From the IMG/VR virus record IMGVR_UViG_3300020044_003577, positions 1 to 60,120 of that record: DNA of 60,120 bases. The stretch is one strand, 5' to 3'. The stretch is from a virus. The position numbers were made by a program, and so were the translations under genes. This document shows, piece by piece, positions 51,133-59,333 of the stretch. Within the stretch, counting starts at the first letter, position 1; every line of letters begins with the position of its first letter. The notes below the pieces were generated by a model. It did not search any database. It was given only the letters and a program-made list of their open reading frames with translations, and was not told the origin of the DNA.

Positions 51133-51156
51133 TGTTTCCTATTAGGGGTCTTCTAC
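51133..51156 (-). promoter_or_regulatory. phage-RNAP promoter motif copy P7 (variant GACCCCTAATAG)
   Basis: The minus strand reads GTAGAAGACCCCTAATAGGAAACA, with core at 51139-51148. It overlaps the endolysin stop codon. Confidence 0.5.
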
Positions 51157-51617
51157 GGTTGTAAACCTTTAAGGTAAACTGTTTTACCATTTTGTTTTAC
51201 AGCAGTTAAACACTCACATTTAAGGTTATTAGGGTCATATGATACGTGTACCCATCCCGAGTCAGGTATCCCTTGTGTATAAAATTCAAGAATTAATTGT
51301 GTAAACTTAAAGTTGTCTTTAACATATTGAGCTAAGTCACCATTAGCTACACCTACAACTTCAATATCCGCAGCCATACCCTTACAATGGTCTGATGTTT
51401 TTGACCCGCCTACTGCGGCATTAGACTCAGGTGAACGATAAGCACTATTAACAGTTACTTTACCATAGTGATCTCTTACAGGCTGTAATACTTTTTCGCA
51501 TAATACTTTTAAATTATTTAATGCAGTATCATCAGGAGTATTATCCAAGCCTAATCTTGTGGCTGTCTCTGATTTAGTTAATTCTTTTAAAGAAAAGTTA
51601 GTGCTTAACTGGGTCAT
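51153..51617 (-). CDS. endolysin, peptidase M15 (zinc D-Ala-D-Ala carboxypeptidase/L-Ala-D-Glu peptidase fold)
   Basis: FSLKELTKSETA..NSAYRSPESNAAVGGSKTSDHCKGMAADIE..GWVHVS (H..D..H zinc-site pattern). Confidence 0.8.
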   Translation of the reverse strand: MTQLSTNFSLKELTKSETATRLGLDNTPDDTALNNLKVLCEKVLQPVRDHYGKVTVNSAYRSPESNAAVGGSKTSDHCKGMAADIEVVGVANGDLAQYVKDNFKFTQLILEFYTQGIPDSGWVHVSYDPNNLKCECLTAVKQNGKTVYLKGLQP

Positions 51618-52080
51618 TTAATTTATCCTTAATTTCATTATATTGACTTATACAAACATTTAATTTACGAATAGCAGTGTCACCCTCAGCCACTATTGAG
51701 ATAAGATCTTGAGCAACCTGTCCGTCAAGTTCGGCTCGTGTTTCTCCTGAGTTACTTCCACTGGGAGTGGAGGCATCTGAGGTGGTTGATACACTACAGT
51801 CGGGGGCTTTGGTGGAGATAGGAAGGAACAACTTGCGTTCACCATTAGCAACGGCAATACGAAGATCAGCAATTTTCTTTTCAGCATTCTTTTCTTTCTT
51901 TCTTAATACAGTAGCGTATGTTGTTGCTACTTCACCCATTTGTTTTTCTTTTTCTCTGGCAACATCATTTGCGGCAGATACCTGTAATGCTGTCTCTACT
52001 CCTGCATCATAGCTACCTTTCCAGTACCCTAATCCAAGGGCTACTAAGATAGCTATAATACATGCTAATATTGTTTTCAT
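51598..52080 (-). CDS. i-spanin (Rz-like)
   Basis: ATG at 52080 in an ATGA overlap (the track start at 52155 is rejected). N-terminal TM segment ILACIIAILVALGLGYW, a coiled-coil periplasmic part, and DLRIAVANGERKLFL. Confidence 0.7.
   Translation of the reverse strand: MKTILACIIAILVALGLGYWKGSYDAGVETALQVSAANDVAREKEKQMGEVATTYATVLRKKEKNAEKKIADLRIAVANGERKLFLPISTKAPDCSVSTTSDASTPSGSNSGETRAELDGQVAQDLISIVAEGDTAIRKLNVCISQYNEIKDKLNDPVKH
51693..51887 (-). CDS. o-spanin (Rz1-like), embedded in the +1 frame of the i-spanin gene
   Basis: Signal-like MLKRKLLIFVLPLLMVNAS-C followed by proline-rich SPPKPPTVVYQPPQMPPLPVE. The lipobox is imperfect. Confidence 0.55.
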   Translation of the reverse strand: MLKRKLLIFVLPLLMVNASCSFLSPPKPPTVVYQPPQMPPLPVEVTQEKHEPNLTDRLLKILSQ

Positions 52081-52403
52081 TCTCCGTGCATCTTTCCTCT
52101 GGTATATGCTTGAGCAGCCATAAAAGCAACAACAATAGTAGTCATACCAGCACAATATGTTGTTAATAGTCCTGTCAATGCAGATACTTTATCTAACATA
52201 AATAAACTAGAACCAAATAAAATAGTAAGTACAACAGGCAGTCCTAAAGCAAACCATGCCATAATACGCTGTTGATCAGCCATCTTATCCATGTTCTCAA
52301 TCATCATCATTCGTTCTGAACGAGACAATTCTTCATCACTTACAATACCATCTTTGTCACTGTCAAATTGGTTGTATACTGAATCTTTTTCTAGTTGTTT
52401 CAT
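52077..52403 (-). CDS. membrane protein with N-terminal EF-hand-like loop (108 aa; holin-class candidate)
   Basis: DSDKDGIVSDEE fits the 12-residue EF-hand loop (D1, D3, D5, G6, hydrophobic 8, E12). Two TM segments follow (WFALGLPVVLTILFGSSLFML, LLTTYCAGMTTIVVAFMAA). Confidence 0.6.
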   Translation of the reverse strand: MKQLEKDSVYNQFDSDKDGIVSDEELSRSERMMMIENMDKMADQQRIMAWFALGLPVVLTILFGSSLFMLDKVSALTGLLTTYCAGMTTIVVAFMAAQAYTRGKMHGE

Positions 52404-52579
52404 TAATCATCCTTTGATTTTGATTGTTTACGTTCTATTTGTTTTTGTATCTGTTCTGTCTTTTGAAGAAGTGCCTGAGCCTTAAGTTCTGTTTCATATG
52501 CCCTAGAAAACAATAAAGCACCTATAGGCAATAATATAGTAACTAATACACAAGCAGCAACCCAGCCTAAATACCACAT
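52403..52579 (-). CDS. small membrane protein (58 aa; the track version starts at 52702)
   Basis: The internal ATG at 52579 has a GAGGAG RBS and removes a 112-nt overlap with the upstream gene. TM segment WYLGWVAACVLVTILLPIGALLF. Confidence 0.55.
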   Translation of the reverse strand: MWYLGWVAACVLVTILLPIGALLFSRAYETELKAQALLQKTEQIQKQIERKQSKSKDD

Positions 52580-52590
52580 TGGAGACTCCT

Positions 52591-53241
52591 CTAAAGGGTT
52601 AGGTACAGGAACCACAGGTGGAGGTATCCAGCTAGGAATATCACTGCTAGTACCCATGCTATTGTTATTTTTGTTTGTTTTTCTAACTGCCTTTGTTGCC
52701 ATAGCTCTTGTCTCTTTTTGGCCTCTTCCTTTAGCCTTGCTTGAGTTTGTTCCTCTTCAATCTTTTCTCTCATGCCAAACACTTCAGAGTATAGCGCTCC
52801 CATTTCTGGTGGGCTTTGGTATACCATGCACTCTCTGATTTGAATAACTAAACTATCCATTTCTTGCTGTGCCATCACTCGGTTAAGTGCTGACTCCATT
52901 AAGTTCTGGTCAGGATCATAGACATTTTTTGACTTCTCTTCTTCTTCCCTGATGTGTGCTGCTAACTGTTCTTGAAGCTTGAAGAATTCTGTGAGGTTTT
53001 TAACAATATCAATTTTGACTTGAGTCTCATCAACAGCGACATAGTCAGATTTTTTACTTTTAGTAACAGGCTTTGCAACTTGGGTTTTAGGCTTGTTGTT
53101 AAAGAACCCAATAATTGTTCCCCAGATTCCTTTAACCTCTTTACCAATAGCAACAACCTCATCAGCAGTTCTTTTGATCTCAACAAAAGATTCTTTAGCT
53201 TGTTTGTAAAGTTCACAGCCAGCTTGGATGTTCTTGACCAA
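52591..53241 (-). CDS. coiled-coil protein with C-terminal TM anchor (216 aa, TTG start)
   Basis: Long balanced ORF. The start is uncertain. The C-terminus is ITIAWVLAVIFLAGYLHLWFLYL. Confidence 0.55.
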   Translation of the reverse strand: MVKNIQAGCELYKQAKESFVEIKRTADEVVAIGKEVKGIWGTIIGFFNNKPKTQVAKPVTKSKKSDYVAVDETQVKIDIVKNLTEFFKLQEQLAAHIREEEEKSKNVYDPDQNLMESALNRVMAQQEMDSLVIQIRECMVYQSPPEMGALYSEVFGMREKIEEEQTQARLKEEAKKRQELWQQRQLEKQTKITIAWVLAVIFLAGYLHLWFLYLTL

Positions 53242-53278
53242 GCCAGCCGCAAGGAGGCAGATACTAATAGGATCAATT

Positions 53279-53488
53279 TCATACTCCTATTAAATGTTTA
53301 ATAAAATCTGCTGCAGTACCTGGACCTAATAATACACATAGCATTACGCCATAAAGTAAATATTCAATCTTAGTCATACGAGCAGCGCCATCAGAAAGAC
53401 TTTTAGATATATTAGCATATCGTTCTGCACACACTTGTTCGTGTGTCATTAATTTAGCTTCTGTTAAAGTTACAGTATTATCTGTCAT
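53279..53488 (-). CDS. small membrane protein (69 aa; holin/antiholin candidate)
   Basis: Single C-terminal TM segment IEYLLYGVMLCVLLGPG. ATGA coupling to the fibre gene stop. Confidence 0.55.
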   Translation of the reverse strand: MTDNTVTLTEAKLMTHEQVCAERYANISKSLSDGAARMTKIEYLLYGVMLCVLLGPGTAADFIKHLIGV

Positions 53489-56400
53489 TATCTTGATTCC
53501 TTTAATTTTTTAATTTCTTCTTCAAGAGATAATACTCTTTGGGCTAATTGAACACACGCTACTAAAGCAGCATTTCCATATGCAACAGATAAGTCTCCAT
53601 TATTATCTTCTAACACTGCATGTTCAAGCACCAAACGAAGTGATTGAGCAGACACACCAACTTGTGTAGCACCATTATCTATACGATCATATACACCATG
53701 CTTAACTTGTGATAGTTGTTCAACAAAGTCAGTAGGTAAATCTTGCCAATTAGTTTTCTTACGTTCATCAGAAGATGCTGATACAGTGCCTGTTGCAGTT
53801 AAATTTACAACAGTATAGCTGTTTGCAGTATTCAAAGCATCAGCAGTAGCAGCAGTTGTTGCTGTAGTTGCTGTAGTTGCAGTGGTAGCTGTAGTTGCTG
53901 TAGCAGCATTACCTGTACAAGAACCTGAAGAACCATCAATATTAATACCTGTTAATGATTGCGTAGCACTTGCTCTATTAACTGCAATACTTGTTGTACC
54001 TAAATTAAAAGAGGATGTAGTATAAAAGCCATTAGTTACCGTAGCCGCATTACCTGTGCATGAAGCAGATGAACCTGTTGTGTTTTGATTAAGCGTTGGA
54101 AATGTACAGTTAGTCAAAGTGCCGCTTGATGGTGTACCAAGTGCGCCCCCACTAACCAGATTCCCGCTTGCAGTACCAGTTAAAGCTGCGGTAATAGTTC
54201 CTGCACTAAAATTACCTGATGCATCTCTAGCAACAATAGTACTTGCTGTATTTGCATTTGTTGCGTTAGATGTAACTGTAAATGTAGCTGCGGTAGATTG
54301 ATTTGCAGTAAATGTTTGTGAACCAGATAACCCTGTTCCTGATACTGCTAATGTTAATGTACCGTTGTTTACATTACTTGCTGTAGTTGCTGTAGCAGCA
54401 TTACCTGTACAAGAACCTGAAGAACCAGTTGTATTTTGATTTAATGTAGGTATATCAGCAGCAACAATAGCCCTAAATGTAGCATTACCAGCTGTTCCAT
54501 TAGGTGCGGCATAAAAATAATTAGCTATTTGAGAACCAGATAAACCAGCAGCAGTGCCTGTTGTGTTTTGATTTAAAGTAGGAAATGTACAGTTGGTTAA
54601 AGTGCCGCTTGATGGAGTACCTAATGCACCACCTTGAACAACAATAGTTGAACTTGCGTCAGGTAATGTATAAGTTTTTTCTGCTGTTGTTGCACCAGTA
54701 AACTTAGTAAATCCATTACCAGTACCACCATAAGTAGATGAAATAATGTTTGTTACATCTGCTGAACCATTAAATGAGCCACCATGAATTGATCTTGATG
54801 TTGTTAATGTAGCTGCAGAACCTGTTGTATTTTGATTTAATGTAGGAAATGTACAGTTGGTTAATGTACCACTAGCAGGTGTACCTAATGCAGGTGTAAC
54901 TAAAGTAGGTGATGTAGATAATACAACATTACCACTACCCGTAGTACTATAAGAAATACCCCAAGCACTACCTGTAGAATTTACAATACCTGCACCTGGA
55001 TAAGTAAAAGTACTTGGTGCAGCAAATTGAGTAAATATAATACCAGTAGTTCCTATTGTAATAGGTAGTAATGTTTGTTGTACCCAAGAAGTATTTGTGT
55101 TAATTGTACCTGACAATATTAAAAGAAAGTCACCAGCATCAACTTCATTAGTACCTGTACCTGAAGTATCATAGTCTGTTGCACGAGTTAATACCCATCC
55201 AGCAACCCCTGATCCAACACTAGTAACAGTATACACACCATTTTGTGAGGTAGTTGTTTGATTTTTAACTAATATACGTTGACCTACAGAAGGAGATGCA
55301 CTATCAATAGATAATGCTGCAAATGTAGTTATTTTAGTTAATGTAGCTCCTACGCCTGATGTGCCATTATTATAGGATACTGTGCCTAAATCTGCAGTTG
55401 TAGCATAGTTGCATGCTGCATGAAAGTTAATACCTGAGACAACAGAATCAACATAAAGTTTATTAGCAATATCAGTATTTGCAGAAGGAGCGGTTGATAT
55501 TGTACCTGTTGTTAAAGCAACAGAAGTAATATCTGTATTTGCACCTGATTTAGCAGCACTTAAATTTGTTCTTGCAGTGGCTGTATTAATTACATCAGAT
55601 AAGTTATTAGCAGCAAGCAACACACCTGCAGCAGATACATAAGCTACCAACCATACAGAACCTGTATACACCTTCATAACAGAATCAGTTGTATTAAAAT
55701 ATAATGCACCTGTTAATAAAGCATTACCATCATTATCTAATGTAGGATTAGAAGCTTTTGCCCCAAGATACCTGTCATCAAAAGAATCATATGAAGCGGC
55801 AGCAGCTAAAGCAGAGGTATTAGCATTGCTAGCTGAAGTAGAAGCAGATGATGCGCTAGATGCCGCATTAGTTGCTTGAGTAGTTGCAATACCTGCTTGT
55901 GTTGTAGCCGTTGTTGCACTTGTTGTTGCACTACTTGCTTGGGTAGTGGCTATACCTGCCTGAGTAGTTGCGGTTGATGCACTAGTGGAAGCAGATGATG
56001 CACTAGATGCCGCATTAGTTGCAGAAGTCCCAGCAGAAGTAGCTGATGCACTTGCTGATGTAGCACTATTAGAAGCATTAGTAGCATTTGTTGAGGCAGA
56101 AGATGCACTACTAGCTGAATTAGAAGCATAAGTACTTGCAGATGTTGCCGATGATGCTGCATTAGTTGCCTGAGTAGTAGCGGTACTTGCTTGGGTAGTG
56201 GCTATACCTGCTTGAGTAGTTGCTGTAGTTGCACTAGTAGAAGCTGAAGAAGCACTAGCAGAGGCGTTAGAGGCTTGAGTAGTAGCTATACCCGCTTGAG
56301 TAGTTGCTGTTGTTGCTGAACCAGAGGCTGATGTAGCACTACTAGCAGCATTAGTTGCTGATGTAGAAGCTTCACTTGCTTTTGTGGTAGCTGTTGTTGC

Positions 56401-57015
56401 TGATGTGCTTGCAGAAGTAGCTGAACTAGCAGCATTAGTTGCTGAAGTAGAAGCACTGCTTGCAGATGTTGCTGCATTAGTTGCACTTGTAGAAGCACCA
56501 CTAGCAGATGTTGCAGCATTAGTTGCGCTAGTTGCAGCAGCAGTAGCTCTAGTAGTAGCTAAAGCTGCTTGAGTAGTAGCGGTATTTGCTTGAGTAGTAG
56601 CAGTTGTTGCGCTAGTAGAAGCATTTGATGCAGATGTTGCAGCATTAGATGCACTTGTAGAAGCGTTAGATGCAGATGTTCCTGCAGATGTAGATGAGGT
56701 AGATGCGCTACTTGCAGAACTTGCAGCAGCAGTAGCGCTAGCCGCCGCCGCTATAGCACTTGCAGCAGCATCATTAGCATCTTCAGCAGCAATATTTGCG
56801 TATTGTACTGCGGTTACTGTATCAATATTATCGTATTCACCACCAGCAGAGACACTTCCCGTCATGCCTGGGGCTTGCTGATAACCTGATGTATTTGTAG
56901 GTGCGTCAGAAGCAACAGTATTAACTGTTTGTTCAGCACTAGTTTGTGCTAAATCTCCATACTCACCACCAGCAGCCATACCTGCAGTAACCCCAGCTGT
57001 TTGTTGGTATCCCAT
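53488..57015 (-). CDS. tail fibre (1175 aa) with Ala/Ser/Thr heptad array, repeated modules and C-terminal intramolecular-chaperone (peptidase S74-like) domain
   Basis: Fibre motif DDRYLGAKASNPTLDNDGNALLTGALYFNTTDSVMKVYTGSVW. GGALGTPSSGTLTNCTFPTLNQNTTG is repeated. The C-terminal SASSDERKKTNW...LSLEEEIKKLK resembles self-cleaving chaperone domains. Confidence 0.8.
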   Translation of the reverse strand: MGYQQTAGVTAGMAAGGEYGDLAQTSAEQTVNTVASDAPTNTSGYQQAPGMTGSVSAGGEYDNIDTVTAVQYANIAAEDANDAAASAIAAAASATAAASSASSASTSSTSAGTSASNASTSASNAATSASNASTSATTATTQANTATTQAALATTRATAAATSATNAATSASGASTSATNAATSASSASTSATNAASSATSASTSATTATTKASEASTSATNAASSATSASGSATTATTQAGIATTQASNASASASSASTSATTATTQAGIATTQASTATTQATNAASSATSASTYASNSASSASSASTNATNASNSATSASASATSAGTSATNAASSASSASTSASTATTQAGIATTQASSATTSATTATTQAGIATTQATNAASSASSASTSASNANTSALAAAASYDSFDDRYLGAKASNPTLDNDGNALLTGALYFNTTDSVMKVYTGSVWLVAYVSAAGVLLAANNLSDVINTATARTNLSAAKSGANTDITSVALTTGTISTAPSANTDIANKLYVDSVVSGINFHAACNYATTADLGTVSYNNGTSGVGATLTKITTFAALSIDSASPSVGQRILVKNQTTTSQNGVYTVTSVGSGVAGWVLTRATDYDTSGTGTNEVDAGDFLLILSGTINTNTSWVQQTLLPITIGTTGIIFTQFAAPSTFTYPGAGIVNSTGSAWGISYSTTGSGNVVLSTSPTLVTPALGTPASGTLTNCTFPTLNQNTTGSAATLTTSRSIHGGSFNGSADVTNIISSTYGGTGNGFTKFTGATTAEKTYTLPDASSTIVVQGGALGTPSSGTLTNCTFPTLNQNTTGTAAGLSGSQIANYFYAAPNGTAGNATFRAIVAADIPTLNQNTTGSSGSCTGNAATATTASNVNNGTLTLAVSGTGLSGSQTFTANQSTAATFTVTSNATNANTASTIVARDASGNFSAGTITAALTGTASGNLVSGGALGTPSSGTLTNCTFPTLNQNTTGSSASCTGNAATVTNGFYTTSSFNLGTTSIAVNRASATQSLTGINIDGSSGSCTGNAATATTATTATTATTATTAATADALNTANSYTVVNLTATGTVSASSDERKKTNWQDLPTDFVEQLSQVKHGVYDRIDNGATQVGVSAQSLRLVLEHAVLEDNNGDLSVAYGNAALVACVQLAQRVLSLEEEIKKLKESR
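55792..56790 (-). repeat. intragenic low-complexity array encoding about 45 heptads (A-x-x-S-A-x-x)
   Basis: Fibre residues ~76-408 (ASTSATN AATSASS ASTSATT ATTQAGI ..). This generates the shadow ORFs 55950..56162, 56286..56519 and 56384..56572. Confidence 0.85.
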
Positions 57016-57026
57016 TTGGTGTCTCC

Positions 57027-57941
57027 TTAAATCAATCCGTTAGTATTAAAGTTAACTTGTACGTTACCACCAGATGCTCTACGCCATTTTTCTTCTTTAT
57101 TGAGTGAGAACACATTTTCATTAAATCGTTTCTCATAACGTTGTTCCATTATATGGTCAAACATGTATGCACCTAAGTTATATAAAGCACCCCATACAAC
57201 TAGTCTTTCATTATTATCTCTTAACCAATTAGATACTTCTTTACCAATATAGTATTTAGTTGTTACTGTAGCATTGTATGCAGCAGCCTCTGCGTATGTT
57301 GCAAAACATCTTGTAACAGAAGATGCAGTAGAAAAATATAGTGGAGTGTCAGTAGTTATACCTGTAAGTGTTAAATAGGGTTGATCAGCATCTGACAAAG
57401 CAATTAAATAGTTAATTGGTATAACACTATAAAGAGCATTTAATGCAGGTAATCTACGATAATAATGTATCTCTACTTCTGCACCTACTGCTAGCTGAGG
57501 ATGAATATAGATTTTACCGTCTTTCCACATCCAGTTATATACAGAATATTTTTCTGAATATAAGTCAAAGAAGGTACGTGTGTCAGTAACCTCATTAAAT
57601 ACCTTACTTACATTAGAAGGGTAGGTAGAGTATGCTGTACCAATATTATCTTGTGCTAAAGTTCTAATATAAATAAATTGGGTTAAGTCTTCAGGAATAG
57701 CAAAAGAAGTATAAGCATTACCATAAGGCATACCTAAACTATTTTCTCCTGAATTATCTGCAGTTGCAACTGTATATACAACAGTAGCTTCTAATGGAGG
57801 AATACGTAGTTGTCTGTAGCATTCGTCAGCAGAATAAGATAAGCAATCCTGAATAACAACATCTGGAATATTGTTGATATCTTGTCTACCAGACCATGTT
57901 CTAACTTTTGCAATAAGTTGGTCATATTTAGGTGTGCTCAT
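57027..57941 (-). CDS. virion protein, paralogue A (304 aa; head-tail adaptor region)
   Basis: The N-terminus MSTPKYDQLIAKVRTWSGRQDINNIPDVVIQDCLSYSADECYRQLRIP is clearly homologous to the next gene upstream. Confidence 0.65.
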   Translation of the reverse strand: MSTPKYDQLIAKVRTWSGRQDINNIPDVVIQDCLSYSADECYRQLRIPPLEATVVYTVATADNSGENSLGMPYGNAYTSFAIPEDLTQFIYIRTLAQDNIGTAYSTYPSNVSKVFNEVTDTRTFFDLYSEKYSVYNWMWKDGKIYIHPQLAVGAEVEIHYYRRLPALNALYSVIPINYLIALSDADQPYLTLTGITTDTPLYFSTASSVTRCFATYAEAAAYNATVTTKYYIGKEVSNWLRDNNERLVVWGALYNLGAYMFDHIMEQRYEKRFNENVFSLNKEEKWRRASGGNVQVNFNTNGLI

Positions 57942-58636
57942 ACTGTTACCTTTCTAGTGTTCTGTGCAGCAATAGCTTGCTTAATATCCAATGGTAACAA
58001 CGAACGAGCTTTATCTTCTTTAAGATTCAGCATATCAATGTTCTCAAGCGCCATTTCTTTATAACGCATTTTAGATGTATCATCAAATAAATACGCAAAC
58101 AAATAAGATAAAGAACCCCATAACAAAATGTATTCTTTATCGTCACGTAGCCAATTGTAAGTTTCAACTCCACCATTGTCCGATGAATCTAATGCACCAA
58201 GTTTACGATAAAATGTGCTTTCAATAACTGTTCCAACAGGAAGCTGTGGGTAAATATAAATATATTCGTCACGCCACATCCAACTATAAGTATTATCTAA
58301 CGGCTTATACTGTTCAAAGAAACCCTTTTTATCTAGTGTTTCTACAAATCGGTAATTATTATTAGTAGGTGACACACAACGTATTGAAAGAAATTCAATT
58401 AAACTAGTTGGTACAGCAAATTGTGTGTATGGTTTACTTGTGTTAATATTATCACCAGAAATAACAGTGTGGTTTTCTGTGTGTTCTAATTGAGGCGTAC
58501 GAAGTTTTTGATAACAGAAATCAGCAGAATAGTTTAAACAATCCTGAATGACGCTGTCGGGTATAGTTGCTACTTCGGGTTTATTACTCCAGTCTCTTAC
58601 TTTAGCGACTAAAGCGTCAAATCTAGGTGTTGCCAT
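57938..58636 (-). CDS. virion protein, paralogue B (232 aa)
   Basis: MATPRFDALVAKVRDWSNKPEVATIPDSVIQDCLNYSADFCYQKLRTP. The motifs YSWMWRDEYIYIYPQLPVG versus YNWMWKDGKIYIHPQLAVG and NWLRD are also shared. Confidence 0.65.
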   Translation of the reverse strand: MATPRFDALVAKVRDWSNKPEVATIPDSVIQDCLNYSADFCYQKLRTPQLEHTENHTVISGDNINTSKPYTQFAVPTSLIEFLSIRCVSPTNNNYRFVETLDKKGFFEQYKPLDNTYSWMWRDEYIYIYPQLPVGTVIESTFYRKLGALDSSDNGGVETYNWLRDDKEYILLWGSLSYLFAYLFDDTSKMRYKEMALENIDMLNLKEDKARSLLPLDIKQAIAAQNTRKVTV

Positions 58637-58645
58637 TTAAATTCC

Positions 58646-58969
58646 TTATAAAGCTTTTACATTACTTGTTTTTAGTAATGGATAATCTGATTCAATAACT
58701 TGTCTTAATTTTCTTAAGTTAGTTGGATCCTGCATAAAGTCAGGAGCATGTACATCTAACCCATGTTTAGTTAACATATCAATAGCAACAATGTCAGGAA
58801 TAATAGCAAATGATCTATATGTTCTGCCATTACGAGAAATAGAATCTAGTTCTCGTTGTTGAGAAGCATAGTCCTTATAGTCCTGAACATTTTGTTCTAA
58901 TTGAAAATTCTTTTCGTCTGTCTTAACAACAAAGCTCTTAGCATTGTTTTCTTGTGATAAAAATCCCAT
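58646..58969 (-). CDS. hypothetical head-module protein (107 aa)
   Basis: Clean ORF in the compact operon. Confidence 0.6.
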   Translation of the reverse strand: MGFLSQENNAKSFVVKTDEKNFQLEQNVQDYKDYASQQRELDSISRNGRTYRSFAIIPDIVAIDMLTKHGLDVHAPDFMQDPTNLRKLRQVIESDYPLLKTSNVKAL

Positions 58970-58981
58970 GTGTCCTCTTAA

Positions 58982-59269
58982 TTAATTCCGTAATGCTACT
59001 GAAAAAGCACCATCAATAGTAAAGCAACCATATTCATAAAGAATACCACCTGCTGCATATGCGCTTACTGATGTCACTACTAAAGCACCTGCTGTAGCAT
59101 TAGCACCATCGTAATATTTAACTTGGCTAATACGCCCACGAACTACGTTAGGTGCTCTATAGTCTGAACCAGCATCTAGGCTGTCAGCAGTAGTTGCAAT
59201 ATTAGCTACATAGTTATCAGGAATATATTGGCGAGTACCATCTGTTGCTGTAATTCTTAGAAATTCCAT
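58982..59269 (-). CDS. hypothetical head-module protein (95 aa; decoration candidate)
   Basis: First ORF after the capsid-gene terminator. Confidence 0.55.
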   Translation of the reverse strand: MEFLRITATDGTRQYIPDNYVANIATTADSLDAGSDYRAPNVVRGRISQVKYYDGANATAGALVVTSVSAYAAGGILYEYGCFTIDGAFSVALRN

Positions 59270-59282
59270 TTGTGTTCCTTAT

Positions 59283-59316
59283 AATAAAAAAGGAGGAAGA
59301 TTTCTCTCCCTCCTTG
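59283..59316 (-). terminator. intrinsic terminator after the capsid gene
   Basis: The minus strand has AAGGAGGGAGA-GAAA-TCTTCCTCCTT (11-bp stem with one G.U pair, GNRA loop), followed by TTTTTTATT. It starts 18 nt after the MCP stop. Confidence 0.75.
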
Positions 59317-59333
59317 TTTAGGTTATATAACGA

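Noticed and set aside
53262-53273. ACTAATAGGA on the plus strand
   Set aside because: Only the 3' half of the promoter motif is present. It has the wrong orientation for the late arm and lies in the coupled gene junction.
52962-53282. 106-aa Leu-rich ORF, ATGA-coupled to the 69-aa gene
   Set aside because: After a signal-like N-terminus the sequence is implausible Leu/Lys/Ser repeats. The overlapping 216-aa frame is more protein-like. It is kept as an ambiguity in the findings rather than as a feature.
55950-56572. ORFs 55950..56162, 56286..56519 and 56384..56572 within the fibre gene
   Set aside because: Shadow frames of the Ala/Ser/Thr heptad array (Leu/Gln/His or Ala/Val/Leu repeats).
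55792-56790. Possible CRISPR-like or tandem-repeat locus
   Set aside because: The periodicity is 21 nt and coding (heptads). There is no repeat-spacer organisation.
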